A DNA stretch of 64,000 nt. Source: an uncultured Muribaculaceae bacterium (GTDB lineage Bacteria > Bacteroidota > Bacteroidia > Bacteroidales > Muribaculaceae). The notes under the pieces were generated by a model. That model worked only from the letters and a program-made list of their open reading frames with translations. It was not told where the DNA came from and ran no database searches. The stretch covers positions 107,944 to 171,943 of the forward strand of contig CAUBWJ010000001.1 of NCBI GenBank assembly GCA_958439725.1, written 5' to 3'. Of this stretch, positions 49,490 through 59,861 are shown one piece after another. Each line of letters begins with the position of its first letter. Position 1 is the stretch's first letter. Position numbers and translations under genes: made by a program.

Positions 49490-51586
49490 TCAGGAAATCA
49501 TGCTCCAGTCAATCTGCCGGGCAAACAGTTTCTGCATCTCGTAACGGAGCGACGAATGTTCAGGTCGTTCAAGCGCAGGGTCGCCCCCGAGCAGATATTC
49601 GGCCTCGTCGCGGGCAAGCTGGATTATCCGGCCGTCGGTGGCGAGATTGGAAATTTTCAGATCTATGGCCATGCCGCTTTGCAGAGTACCCTCGAGGTCG
49701 CCGGGGCCGCGCATGCGCAGATCGGCTTCCGCCACAAGGAATCCATCGGTGGTCGACGTCATTATCTCAAGACGCTTGCGCGTCTCGCGGGCAATGGCAC
49801 GTTTGGTCATGAGTATACAGAAGCTCTGCGCCGCTCCGCGCCCCACCCTGCCGCGAAGCTGATGCAGCTGGGAGAGTCCGAACCTCTCGGCATTCTCTAT
49901 CACCATGGTAGTGGCGTTAGGCACATTCACTCCCACCTCTATCACCGTGGTCGCCACAAGTATGTCGGCTTTGCCCGAGGCGAAAAGCTCCATCTGGGCA
50001 TCTTTCTCGGCCGGCTTCATCTTGCCGTGGACGTAGGCCACCTTCCATTGCCTGAAGTTCTCGCAGATATTCTCGTAGCCTTCTTCAAGGCTCTTCAGGT
50101 CAATCTTCTCATTCTCCTTTATCAGAGGATATACGATATACACCTGACGGCCCTGTCGGAGCTGACGTGTGATTCCGCGGTAAACGTCAAGACGGTTGTC
50201 GTCGTAACGCATCAGGGTTGTCACCGGCTTGCGTCCCGGAGGGAGCTCGTCGATAACGGAAACATCCAGATCGCCGTAAACGGTCATGGCGAGCGTGCGC
50301 GGAATGGGCGTGGCAGTCATCACAAGCACATGCGGCGGTGTGATATTCTTTTTCCACAGCCGGGCGCGCTGAGCCACACCGAAACGGTGCTGCTCGTCGA
50401 TCACAACGAAGCCCAGATTCGCAAACTGCACCTTGTCCTCTATCACGGCATGTGTGCCGATTAGAATATGCAGACTGCCGTCGGCAAGCTGCGAGGCTAT
50501 CACATCACGCTCCTTCTTACGGGTCGACCCGGTGAGCAGCTTCACATTCACGCCCACCTTCGCCGCCATTCCGGAGATAGTCTCGTAATGCTGCGTGGCA
50601 AGAATCTCGGTAGGTGCCATCAGACACGCCTGGTAACCGTTGTCAAGCGCTATGAGCATCGTGAGGAGCGCCACGAGGGTCTTGCCGCTTCCCACGTCGC
50701 CCTGAAGCAGGCGGTTCATCTGGCGCCCGCTGTTCATGTCGGCACGTATCTCCTTTATCACCCTTTTCTGCGCGCCGGTAAGCTCGAATGGCATGCACTG
50801 TTCGTAAAAGGCATGGAAATAGCGGCCGACGCGCGAGAACCGGAAGCCTCCGGCCATGGCCGAACGCTTGCGGCAGTAGCTGAGTATATTGAGCTGGAGA
50901 TAGAAAAGCTCCTCGAATTTCAGACGGAAACGCGCCTTGTCCAGACTCTCGCGTGAGCGGGGATGATGTATTTCCTTTATCGCCTCGGCCTTGGGCATGA
51001 TTTTCAGCCGCGACATCAGTTCGGGCGGAAGAGGCTCCGTTATGTAGCCCGCGTAACGTTCCAGCACGGCCGACTGCCATCCTGAAATCATTCGCGACGA
51101 AACCCCGCGGTTGCGGAGCTTCTCCGTGAGAGGATAGACACCGCGGAACGACGCGCGCGTTGCCTCGCGGCTTTGAGGAAGGTCTATTTCGGGATGAACC
51201 ATGCTCCAGCTGCCCTGGAATGGCGAGGGCTTGCCGAAAAGCACGTATTCGAGTCCCGTCCGGTAATTCTCCCGTATCCATTTTATACGGTGGAACCATA
51301 CCACCTCCATCATCTTCGACCCGTCGGTAAACAGCCCTACGAGCCTTGTCTTGGCGCCTTCGCCCTGCACCGTGAAGCTGATGAACTGACCCTTCACCTG
51401 CACCATCGGCATATCGCCATCGAAATCGGCTATGGAGTAGAATTTGGAACGGTCCACATACTGGTTGGGAAAGTGATACAGCAGATCATAGCAGGTGCGG
51501 ATGCCCAGTTCTTTCTCCAGAAGCTCAGCCATTTTGGGGCCCACTCCCTTCACGAATTTCACATCTGTCTGCCGCAGTCGTTCCAT
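49490..51586 (-). CDS. recG: ATP-dependent DNA helicase RecG
   Basis: QGDVGSGKT, APTEILA, DEQHRFG, TATPIPR, QLRGRVGR. Confidence 0.96.
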   Translation of the reverse strand: MERLRQTDVKFVKGVGPKMAELLEKELGIRTCYDLLYHFPNQYVDRSKFYSIADFDGDMPMVQVKGQFISFTVQGEGAKTRLVGLFTDGSKMMEVVWFHRIKWIRENYRTGLEYVLFGKPSPFQGSWSMVHPEIDLPQSREATRASFRGVYPLTEKLRNRGVSSRMISGWQSAVLERYAGYITEPLPPELMSRLKIMPKAEAIKEIHHPRSRESLDKARFRLKFEELFYLQLNILSYCRKRSAMAGGFRFSRVGRYFHAFYEQCMPFELTGAQKRVIKEIRADMNSGRQMNRLLQGDVGSGKTLVALLTMLIALDNGYQACLMAPTEILATQHYETISGMAAKVGVNVKLLTGSTRKKERDVIASQLADGSLHILIGTHAVIEDKVQFANLGFVVIDEQHRFGVAQRARLWKKNITPPHVLVMTATPIPRTLAMTVYGDLDVSVIDELPPGRKPVTTLMRYDDNRLDVYRGITRQLRQGRQVYIVYPLIKENEKIDLKSLEEGYENICENFRQWKVAYVHGKMKPAEKDAQMELFASGKADILVATTVIEVGVNVPNATTMVIENAERFGLSQLHQLRGRVGRGAAQSFCILMTKRAIARETRKRLEIMTSTTDGFLVAEADLRMRGPGDLEGTLQSGMAIDLKISNLATDGRIIQLARDEAEYLLGGDPALERPEHSSLRYEMQKLFARQIDWSMIS

Positions 51587-51588
51587 TA

Positions 51589-52272
51589 TTATCTATGATA
51601 GATACGGAGTATATCCATATCGCCGGGAGAAGTGACTTTCATCAGAGCCTCGTCGCCGACCACAAGCGCAGGAGAACCGAAACCGGCAGCCTCCATCACC
51701 GACGCGTCATCGGTCATGGTGCTGTTGTAAGGTAAAGAATATGCGTGCCGGAGCTTTGCTGCGTCAAAAGCCTGGGGTGTCTGAATCCGCACGAAAAGGC
51801 TGCGGTCAACCGCTTCCGACGCGCCGGCGGGAAGGCGCCGGCGTATCGAATCGGACATTTCGAGGACCGGCACAGCACCTGAAGCGCCAGCCTCGATAGC
51901 CGATAGAAGCCGTTCAGCAACAGCCCGGGACAGCAACGGTCTGGCCGCATCATGCACCATTATGACACCGCTATAATCGGCCGGAAGAGAATCTATGGCG
52001 TTCCTGACCGACTGCCAGCGGGTGGCACCTCCGGTAACAATCTCCGGGCTATCGAATCCATGCGCCACACACATCTCGTTCCACGCCTCCACCCAGTCAC
52101 GGGCAAGCACAAGCACTACGCGCGCCCCGGGCAGAGACTCGCGCACGCGCTCCACTGAGGTCATGAGCAGCGGACGTCCACCGTAATCACAATATTGCTT
52201 GGGGCGCGACGCACCGAAGCGCGAGCCGGTGCCCGCCCCCACAATTATCACAGTGATGTTCTCAGTCTTCAT
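51589..52272 (-). CDS. ispD: 2-C-methyl-D-erythritol 4-phosphate cytidylyltransferase
   Basis: AGTGSRF..PKQY, GGATR.QSV, HDAARP, QTPQAF, TDDA. Confidence 0.92.
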   Translation of the reverse strand: MKTENITVIIVGAGTGSRFGASRPKQYCDYGGRPLLMTSVERVRESLPGARVVLVLARDWVEAWNEMCVAHGFDSPEIVTGGATRWQSVRNAIDSLPADYSGVIMVHDAARPLLSRAVAERLLSAIEAGASGAVPVLEMSDSIRRRLPAGASEAVDRSLFVRIQTPQAFDAAKLRHAYSLPYNSTMTDDASVMEAAGFGSPALVVGDEALMKVTSPGDMDILRIYHR

Positions 52273-53906
52273 CGGTTTTCAGCTCCAGATGACTGTGGCG
52301 AGAGCACGGTATCATATTCCGCAGGCGTAGTGATTATGCGCACCGCTTCACCATAGACCGGGTTAAGCACATTGGCAATCCGGAAATATGTGGACTGCGT
52401 GAAAAGGTCGCGGCCAATCAGCGCCTTCATTATGGTCTGTATCACGGGAAGACTGCGGTCGTACTGCTCCTGATTGAATTTCACGCCTTCCTTTTCGCCG
52501 AGGGCGCGGAGACCGTCGAGCATTTCGGGAGTCACGGTAAATTGCTCCACGAATGAATCTTCTGTGCGGTATTTCTTGCGGAGGGCCTTGCGGTTCTCGT
52601 CAATATAGTTTACGCAATACTGATTCAGAAGACCCTTGGCGACAATATCGCGGTAATAGTCGCTGTATTTCGTGGTATCCACGGCCACAAACCGGTCGGG
52701 CATAATGCCTCCGCCGCCATAAACGGGGCGACGCAGGCGCAGCGTCTCATAGCGAAGCGAGTCGGCGAAGTGCACGCTGTCGGCATTGGTGTATTCTCCG
52801 TGCTGCAGACGGTCTATAAGCTCATGCTCATAGCTATCTTCCTCTCCGGCCACATAAGGTTTCTGTATGGAACGGCCTGAAGGAGTGTAATAGCGCTGTG
52901 TGGTGAGGCGTATCATCGAGCCGTCGGGGAACGGAAACGGCCGCTGCACGAGTCCTTTTCCGAACGTGCGGCGCCCTACCACCACTCCGCGGTCATTGTC
53001 CTGCATGGCGCCCGCAAGAATCTCGCTTGCCGAAGCCGAGAACTGGTTAACCATCACCACTACGCGTCCACGGTTCATTGGACCGTCGGCAACGGTGCGG
53101 TAATAGAACGGCTCCACGCGCACGCCTTTGGTGAATACCACCGTGTCGCCTGCGTCGAGGAAGAGTCCGGCAAGGTCGTAGGCAGCCTTGAGATAGCCGC
53201 CGCCATTATCCTCGAGGTCCACAATCACATCGCGCATGCCTTTGGCTGCAAGTTCGGCCAATGCCTTGCGCACCTCATCGAAGGTGCTCTCGCCGAACCG
53301 CGACACGCGTATATAACCCACCCCGGGTGCGGCCATAAAAGAGGCGTCGACACTCGCAATTGGAATATCATCACGCACTATGCGGAACTCTATGGGTTCT
53401 TTCGCGCCCTTGCGGAGCACATTGACATTCACTACGGAGCCTTTGGGGCCGCGCAGTATCTTCTGGATGTCGGTATTCTTTTTCTTCACGCCCGATATGA
53501 CGGTGTCGTTGGCCGACAATATGCGGTCACCGGCCAGAAGGCCCACTTTCTCGGAGGGCCCGCCGGGCACGGTCTGCACCACATAAAGCGTATCGTTGAG
53601 CATGTTGAACTGGATACCGATGCCTGAGAAATTGCCCTGCAGAGGCTCGGTCAGTTCACGTGTCTCCTCCGGATTAGTGTAGGTGGAATGCGGGTCGAGC
53701 TTCTTGAGCATCGCCACGATACCGGCCTCCACTATGTCTCCGGAATTCACCGTGTCCACATAAAATTTTTCTATAATCTGTTCGGCATAATTGAGCTTCT
53801 GAATCGGGGGAAACTCCGGTTTGAGCGGAGGCGCCGAAAACGCCGTACCGGCCGCGGCTACAAAGGCGAGCATGGCCGGAAGTATTCTTTTGGTGTTTAT
53901 TTTCAT
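52269..53906 (-). CDS. S41 family carboxyl-terminal protease
   Basis: LDPHS, PDZ GIGI, DLEDNGGG, SASASEI, TFGKGLVQ. Confidence 0.93.
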   Translation of the reverse strand: MKINTKRILPAMLAFVAAAGTAFSAPPLKPEFPPIQKLNYAEQIIEKFYVDTVNSGDIVEAGIVAMLKKLDPHSTYTNPEETRELTEPLQGNFSGIGIQFNMLNDTLYVVQTVPGGPSEKVGLLAGDRILSANDTVISGVKKKNTDIQKILRGPKGSVVNVNVLRKGAKEPIEFRIVRDDIPIASVDASFMAAPGVGYIRVSRFGESTFDEVRKALAELAAKGMRDVIVDLEDNGGGYLKAAYDLAGLFLDAGDTVVFTKGVRVEPFYYRTVADGPMNRGRVVVMVNQFSASASEILAGAMQDNDRGVVVGRRTFGKGLVQRPFPFPDGSMIRLTTQRYYTPSGRSIQKPYVAGEEDSYEHELIDRLQHGEYTNADSVHFADSLRYETLRLRRPVYGGGGIMPDRFVAVDTTKYSDYYRDIVAKGLLNQYCVNYIDENRKALRKKYRTEDSFVEQFTVTPEMLDGLRALGEKEGVKFNQEQYDRSLPVIQTIMKALIGRDLFTQSTYFRIANVLNPVYGEAVRIITTPAEYDTVLSPQSSGAENR

Positions 53907-53921
53907 TGGTTTCTGATGTTT

Positions 53922-54416
53922 CTATTTTGTGTTTTCATTATTCGGGATACCGCCGGGGAGGAACCGCGAGGTGTCTACCCCGTATTTTTCCAGCTCGCGC
54001 ACCATGCTCGAGCTAAGTGCTGCCAGTTCCGGCTCCGCGAAGAGAAGCACGGTATCTATGCCGGATATCATGCGGTTGACCTCCGCCATGCCGCGCTCAT
54101 ATTCAAAATCGGCCACATTGCGCACTCCGCGCAGAAGCCAGCGGGCGCCGCAGCTGCGGGCGGCATCGACGGTGAGACCGCTCCAGGAAATCACATCTAC
54201 ACCGTCGAGGCCTTCAACCGCGCGGCGCACGGCCTCAAGACGCCTCTCTCTCTCGGCTCCATCGGTGCCTTTGGAATCGTTGACGCCGATCACAACCGTC
54301 ACATGGTCGAAAAGTTCGAGGCCGCGGCGCAACACCGAGAGGTGTCCGAGCGTAAACGGATTGAACGAGCCGGCGAATACCGCCCGACGCTCTTCTTCAG
54401 GAAATCTGCGAGTCAT
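53922..54416 (-). CDS. coaD: Pantetheine-phosphate adenylyltransferase
   Basis: [14 protein letters not shown]...[13 protein letters not shown]; overlaps the parE 3' end. Confidence 0.93.
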   Translation of the reverse strand: MTRRFPEEERRAVFAGSFNPFTLGHLSVLRRGLELFDHVTVVIGVNDSKGTDGAERERRLEAVRRAVEGLDGVDVISWSGLTVDAARSCGARWLLRGVRNVADFEYERGMAEVNRMISGIDTVLLFAEPELAALSSSMVRELEKYGVDTSRFLPGGIPNNENTK

Positions 54417-56367
54417 CTTCAACCACGAGGTTTTCGATTATGAAATTCTGGCGCTCCACAGAGTTCTTACCCATGTAGAATCTGAGAAGTTCCCCCACTC
54501 CGTCCTCTTTATGCATTGAGACTTTGTCGGCGCGCATACCCTCGCCTATGAAACCGCGGAATTCCTCGGGAGAAATCTCGCCGAGACCTTTGAATCGCGT
54601 AATCTCGGCATTGGTGCCCAGACGGTCAATGGCAGTGATGCGTTCGGCGTCGTTGTAGCAGTAGTAGGTTTCCTGCGGAATGCCGGTCTTGGAGTCACGC
54701 CGTTTGGTGGCTTTCTTGTTGCGCACACGGAACAGCGGGGTCTGAAGTATATATACATGCCCGCGCTTTATCAGGTCAGGGAAAAACTGCAGGAAGAAAG
54801 TCAGGAGAAGAAGGCGTATGTGCATGCCGTCCACATCGGCATCGGTGGCTATTATCACCTTGTTGTAACGGAGACCGTCTATACCGTCCTCGATATTGAG
54901 AGCGGCCTGCAGCAGATTGAACTCCTCGTTTTCGTAGACCATTTTCTTGGTCTTGGCGTAGGTGTTTTTCGGTTTGCCGCGCAGCGAGAACACCGCCTGA
55001 GTCTCCACATTGCGTATCTTCGTTATTGAGCCGGCAGCCGAGTCTCCCTCGGTAATGAAGATGGACGATGCCATTTTCTTGGCCTCGTCGCCGCGGGTAT
55101 CGTTGAGGTGAACGCGGCAGTCAAGCAGTTTCTTGTTGTGGATGCTTATCTTTTTGGCCTGTTCACGGGCCTTTTTCGTAATGACCGACAGCGACTTTCG
55201 CTCGCGCTCGTTGGCGAGGGCCTTCTTCAGTATTATGTCGGCTGTATCTTTCTCGCGGTGCAGATAATTGTCAAGCTCTTTCTTGATGAAATCGCCCACA
55301 TATTTGGCCACCGTCGGGCCTTCCGGCCCCATGTCGCGCGAGTTGAGCTTCGTTTTGGTCTGCGACTCAAACACCGGCTCCTGCACTTTCACCGACACAG
55401 CCGCCTGTATGCCGCCGCGAATATCGCTGTATTCAAGATTGGGCTTGCCCAGGAAATCCTTTACGGTTCGCGAAACGGCCTCCTTGAACGCCGTGAGATG
55501 CGTACCGCCCAGAGGCGTGTGCTGGCCGTTGACAAACGAGTAATATTCCTCGCCATACTGATTGGCATGGGTAATCGCCACTTCTATATCTTCACCCTTC
55601 AGATGAATTATGGGATAGAGCGGTTCGGCCGTAAGATTGTCGCGAAGGAGATCGAGCAGACCGTTGCGCGACACATATTTCTGGCCGTTGTAATTTATGG
55701 TAAGGCCGGCGTTGAGATAGGTATAGTTCTTTATCAGAGGAAGTATATATTCCTCGTGATACCGGTAGTTCTTGAAAAGCGAAGCATCGGGCGTAAACTG
55801 CACGAGCGTACCGCTGCGGTCGTCGGAGTCCTCCGTCTCTCCCTCATAAAGCAGCTTGCCGCAGCTGTATTGCGCCACCTTCGTCTTGCCGTCGCGGAAA
55901 CACTGGATGCGGAAATCCGTTGACAACGCATTCACTGCCTTAAGGCCAACACCGTTCAAGCCCACCGACTTTTTGAAAGCCTTCGAGTCATATTTGGCGC
56001 CCGTATTCATGGTGGATGTGGCGGCAACCATGCGTCCCAGGGGAATGCCTCGGCCATAATCTCGCACGGTCACGGTATAATCGGTCACGGTCACCTCAAT
56101 CTGGCGCCCGTTGCCCATCATGAACTCGTCGATGGAATTATCCATCACCTCCTTGAGGAGCACATAGATTCCGTCGTCGGAGGCGGTGCCGTCACCAAGC
56201 TTGCCTATGTACATGCCGGGGCGCAGACGGATATGTTCCTGCCATTCAAGCGTGACCACATCGTCCTCGGTGTATTCCGCCGTGTCTGGCTGCGTTGTGT
56301 CGGTGCCAACCACGGCATCTACGGTCTCTATATCATCATTTTCTTTCAGAACCTTGTCATCCATCAT
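54397..56367 (-). CDS. parE: DNA topoisomerase IV subunit B
   Basis: [45 protein letters not shown]. Confidence 0.9.
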   Translation of the reverse strand: MMDDKVLKENDDIETVDAVVGTDTTQPDTAEYTEDDVVTLEWQEHIRLRPGMYIGKLGDGTASDDGIYVLLKEVMDNSIDEFMMGNGRQIEVTVTDYTVTVRDYGRGIPLGRMVAATSTMNTGAKYDSKAFKKSVGLNGVGLKAVNALSTDFRIQCFRDGKTKVAQYSCGKLLYEGETEDSDDRSGTLVQFTPDASLFKNYRYHEEYILPLIKNYTYLNAGLTINYNGQKYVSRNGLLDLLRDNLTAEPLYPIIHLKGEDIEVAITHANQYGEEYYSFVNGQHTPLGGTHLTAFKEAVSRTVKDFLGKPNLEYSDIRGGIQAAVSVKVQEPVFESQTKTKLNSRDMGPEGPTVAKYVGDFIKKELDNYLHREKDTADIILKKALANERERKSLSVITKKAREQAKKISIHNKKLLDCRVHLNDTRGDEAKKMASSIFITEGDSAAGSITKIRNVETQAVFSLRGKPKNTYAKTKKMVYENEEFNLLQAALNIEDGIDGLRYNKVIIATDADVDGMHIRLLLLTFFLQFFPDLIKRGHVYILQTPLFRVRNKKATKRRDSKTGIPQETYYCYNDAERITAIDRLGTNAEITRFKGLGEISPEEFRGFIGEGMRADKVSMHKEDGVGELLRFYMGKNSVERQNFIIENLVVEDDSQIS

Positions 56368-56583
56368 TCAGTTTCTTGAAGCTTCAACCCACAAATTTAC
56401 AAAAAATTTGCCTCTCCGCCAACCGGCACCTTCAATTCACTGTATTTCAATAGATTTAATTACATAACATAGTTACAGACACGAAGTTTAATGTCGTGTG
56501 ATATATTCGTTATTTTATTCTTGATTACGCAATTATCTTTATTCTCTGCGACTATTCAAATTTACTCTGACAACAATACAAAG

Positions 56584-57285
56584 CTATACACCCGATTTAA
56601 ATTGGTTTATCTGTGAGCAGACACGGTTTATATGATCTAACCCGTAAAGAAGAGAATTGCTGTCGATGTCCATCCACGAGAATAGGGTCTTTATCTTGGT
56701 ATAGATATTAATCACGTAGGAAGTGTCGATAGTCGATGTATTGGTCGCAAAGCAGATGGTCTCATGGTGCGCGATGCGGTTTCGCAATGAGTTTACCTTG
56801 TCGAGTTCATTGAAGATATATGTCTGGTTGTACTGCATCTCCCTCGATGAGCGCGGTTTGTTTGGAAATATGGATAGCAGGTTGCGTCCCGTCACTCGGT
56901 ATTGTATCGGGGAAAACATGTATTTCCAGATACCGAACTCCATCTCCGCCAGCAGTTTCGGGTGAGAATAGGAATGAGACTGCTGTAATTTCTTGTGGGC
57001 AAATGTTATTATGTCGCGGGTCTTACGCAATATCGGCTCCGAGAAAACGCCGTCCGGCATTATGGAGTCGCGAAGCCATTCCTCACCGAGATTTTCAGTA
57101 AGTTTGCGGTCGATGGCGTTTCTAAGTGCGACCTCGAAGCAGCTTACAATAGTGAACATCTCCTGCGAAATCTGAAGATTGTATCGGTAGAGCGTCATCG
57201 CCTTGCGGGTGTCGCCTCCGCAGGCTGTCAGATATCGCTCCATTCGCTTGGAGGACATTATTTTCTCGAAGTCGGCATATTTCAT
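56584..57285 (-). CDS. Abi_2/AbiF-family HEPN ribonuclease (abortive infection protein)
   Basis: 'S..RM.RYL', 'LY.YN', 'FEVALRN', 'FGIW', HEPN motif RNRIAHHE (56761-56784); lower GC than neighbours. Confidence 0.88.
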   Translation of the reverse strand: MKYADFEKIMSSKRMERYLTACGGDTRKAMTLYRYNLQISQEMFTIVSCFEVALRNAIDRKLTENLGEEWLRDSIMPDGVFSEPILRKTRDIITFAHKKLQQSHSYSHPKLLAEMEFGIWKYMFSPIQYRVTGRNLLSIFPNKPRSSREMQYNQTYIFNELDKVNSLRNRIAHHETICFATNTSTIDTSYVINIYTKIKTLFSWMDIDSNSLLYGLDHINRVCSQINQFKSGV

Positions 57286-57322
57286 ATTTCATCTGATTAC
57301 TGAAATCTTTTATGAAGAATGT

Positions 57323-57353
57323 TTTGTTTTTAAGATAAAAAGCACTACCTTTG
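57323..57353 (+). promoter_or_regulatory. Promoter of the small antisense RNA
   Basis: TTTG (57323-57326), N19, TACCTTTG (57346-57353): full consensus. Confidence 0.7.
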
Positions 57354-57360
57354 AAGTGTT

Positions 57361-57405
57361 GAATCCCGGTAGCCCCTGTATATCAAGCTATCGGGTTTTG
57401 TTTTA
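57361..57405 (+). ncRNA. Candidate AbiF antitoxin RNA (abiF-motif-like hairpin)
   Basis: GAATCCCGGTAGC-CCCTGTATATCAA-GCTATCGGG-TTTTGTTTT; the G-U pair favours the plus strand; lies directly behind a promoter with no ORF. Confidence 0.6.
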
Positions 57406-57508
57406 TCCCTACAAAATGTAGAGAGGCAGCCATTGCCTTAAATATCACCATGAATTGTTATTGGCTTCATATTTTGCTGTGTCCTTAAGTCATTATATAC
57501 TCTATATG

Positions 57509-57516
57509 CAAAGTTA
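57509..57516 (-). promoter_or_regulatory. Probable -7 box of the abi gene promoter
   Basis: TAACTTTG on the minus strand about 220 nt upstream of the abi ATG. Confidence 0.5.
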
Positions 57517-57751
57517 TACATTGAGATTAGAATACCAACTATTTAGGCATATAACATTCCCACACAAAAAACAGACGACAAACGGCACCTTAACTTTTTT
57601 ATTTTCTCAGTGCATTAGTTTGCTTATGCCAATGATTTATATTAGATTTGCAATAGTTACAGAAAGAATTCCGGCAAGATTATTTCAGAAGCATGTTTAC
57701 CGGGATGCTTGCCATGGAAAGAACCATTCATTAACATTAAACCGTTTACTT

Positions 57752-58306
57752 ATGAAACGCATTCTCTCACTTGCCTTATGCCTGTTCGCAGCAGGTGTAA
57801 CCTTTGCCCAGAGCTATGAACCGAAATGGGTGGGCGATGTCAACATCGTCACTTTCGACACCGACACCGTGACAACTCCCGCAGAGAAATCAAACGTGCA
57901 GATAAAGACCTCCGACTCGGCCGGACGCATTCTTTTCGGCATAGGCAACACCCGACGCAAAATTGTGATAAAAGGAGGTCGCTCGGCCGTTCAGCTCCAG
58001 CCTACCGATACCGTAACCCTCATCGTGCGCTGCAAGGACAATGATTATGACCCGACATCATTTATCCAGGTGGTGAAATTCGAGGAAAAGAAAAAAGAAC
58101 GCAAAGCCGAAATATCCAACGTAAACTGGCTTGGCAGCGTTTCGGAAGGCAACATGACCTATGTTCCTTATCAGGCCGACAAGTACGGTTCCAACTCTTA
58201 CATACTCAAATTCAAGGCAGAACCCGGTGAATTCGGCGTGCGCAATTTCAACCCCGAGAACGTCGACGAACGCTCTATGGTTTTCTATTGTTTCGGACTG
58301 CACTAA
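57752..58306 (+). CDS. Hypothetical secreted protein
   Basis: Signal peptide MKRILSLALCLFAAGVTFA|Q; TAGATTTG box at 57643-57650. Confidence 0.75.
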   Translation: MKRILSLALCLFAAGVTFAQSYEPKWVGDVNIVTFDTDTVTTPAEKSNVQIKTSDSAGRILFGIGNTRRKIVIKGGRSAVQLQPTDTVTLIVRCKDNDYDPTSFIQVVKFEEKKKERKAEISNVNWLGSVSEGNMTYVPYQADKYGSNSYILKFKAEPGEFGVRNFNPENVDERSMVFYCFGLH

Positions 58307-58309
58307 GCA

Positions 58310-58831
58310 ATGGAAGGGGCAGAATCGCCACAATTATTGTCCGTCCGCAGGGCCACGCCTTCCGACCTCGACTCGATAATGGTCGTGATTGACGCGGCGC
58401 GCGCCATAATGCGCGCCACGGGCAATCTCACACAATGGCCTGAAGGATACCCCTCGCGGATTACGATAGAACATGACATCAAGTCAGGCAATTTCTACAT
58501 AATATGTGACGCCAACGGCGCCGCGCAGGGATGCTTCGCCTTGATTTCCGGCCCGGACCCCACTTATGCCCGGATAGAGGGGGAGTGGCTTAACGACAAG
58601 CCTTACGGCGTGATTCACCGCCTCGCCTCAAAAGGAGAACAACGGGGAGTAGCCGATGCGTGCCTCGACTTCTGCCTTGCGCAGAAAGACGTTATCAGAA
58701 TTGACACCCATGCCGACAACCGTCCCATGCTCCGCTGGCTTGAAAAGCGGGGATTCACGCATTGCGGCGTAATCCATATCGCCGACGGCTCGCCACGCGA
58801 AGCCTTTATGCTCGACCGTAGCCATGAATAG
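58310..58831 (+). CDS. GNAT family N-acetyltransferase
   Basis: 'QWPEGYP', 'DPTY..IEG.W', 'IHRLA', 'IDTHADN', 'GF.HCG'. Confidence 0.85.
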   Translation: MEGAESPQLLSVRRATPSDLDSIMVVIDAARAIMRATGNLTQWPEGYPSRITIEHDIKSGNFYIICDANGAAQGCFALISGPDPTYARIEGEWLNDKPYGVIHRLASKGEQRGVADACLDFCLAQKDVIRIDTHADNRPMLRWLEKRGFTHCGVIHIADGSPREAFMLDRSHE

Positions 58832-59789
58832 ACCACAAGCCACAGTCTCGATAATCGTGCCCGTATACAATCCGGGCCCTTACCTGCGCGCCTGCATAGA
58901 TAGCGCTTTAGGCCAGACCTACAGAGATATAGAGTTAATTCTGGTAGATGACGGCTCTACAGACGGTTCATCAGCGGTTATCGACCGTTATGCGGCATCA
59001 GACTCCCGTGTAACTACCCTACGCCAGCCCAACCGTGGGCTCTCCGCTGCCCGGAATGCCGGACTTGACATCGCGCAGGGCGATTTCATAACTTTTCTGG
59101 ATGCCGACGACATCCTTCATCCCCGCTTCATAGAACTTCTCACGGAACAGCTTAATGCCGGCGCCGACATCGCCGCTTGTGATTTCACCCGCAAGGAAAC
59201 GGAGCTGACAGACGCTGTCCGCGACGAAGAACTGATATCGATGTCAGGCCATGATGCCCTCGAATCAATGCTATACCAGACCTCACGACTGCGCCACTCC
59301 GCATGGGGCAAGATTTACCGCCGTGAGCTCTGGAACGGCCTCAGATATCCAGACTGCTGGTTCGAAGACCTCCACATATCCGCCGACCTTTTTCCCAAAG
59401 CCGCCAGTTTGACTTTCATCCCCGCGAAACTTTATTTTTACCGCGACAACCCTGACGGGTTCATGGCCAGGAAAGACGGCTCTCGCTTCGACGCGGTAAA
59501 AGCCACCATAAACGTGTGGGCCATAACTTCCTCAATCAGCGGGGCCCTGCAACGCGCCTCCACCGACCGGATTCTGAGCGCAGCCCTGAATTTCCTGGTC
59601 ATGGCTGTACGCCACCGCATCCCGGTGAGCGCGAAGAATATGGAATTGTGCATCAGCCTCATAAAATTACACCGCAAAAACACGCTTATGAACCCTCTGT
59701 GCCGCCGCAAGAACCGGCTGGGAGCCTTGGCTTCATACCTCGGTGTGCTCACGGTGCTGAAACTTGCCTGCCGCAAGAGCGGAAAATAA
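58824..59789 (+). CDS. Glycosyltransferase family 2
   Basis: SIIVPVYN, VDDGSTD, GLSAARN, FLDADD, FED. Confidence 0.92.
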   Translation: MNRPQATVSIIVPVYNPGPYLRACIDSALGQTYRDIELILVDDGSTDGSSAVIDRYAASDSRVTTLRQPNRGLSAARNAGLDIAQGDFITFLDADDILHPRFIELLTEQLNAGADIAACDFTRKETELTDAVRDEELISMSGHDALESMLYQTSRLRHSAWGKIYRRELWNGLRYPDCWFEDLHISADLFPKAASLTFIPAKLYFYRDNPDGFMARKDGSRFDAVKATINVWAITSSISGALQRASTDRILSAALNFLVMAVRHRIPVSAKNMELCISLIKLHRKNTLMNPLCRRKNRLGALASYLGVLTVLKLACRKSGK

Positions 59790-59861
59790 TAACATTAGGC
59801 TGAAACATAGTCTCAAAATGATTATATTTGCCAAAAATTTCAAACCCATTCACAAAACAAC

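Noticed and set aside
49270..49490. AT-rich recG-ndk intergenic region with an imperfect ATCCAC/GTGGAT inverted repeat
   Set aside because: Explained by the ndk promoter (TAACTTTG at 49271-49278 on minus) and a weak hairpin; no convincing box cluster
57455..57751. N-terminal extension of the 283-aa ORF
   Set aside because: The likely start is 57752, with a signal peptide and an upstream -7 box; the extension covers promoter DNA
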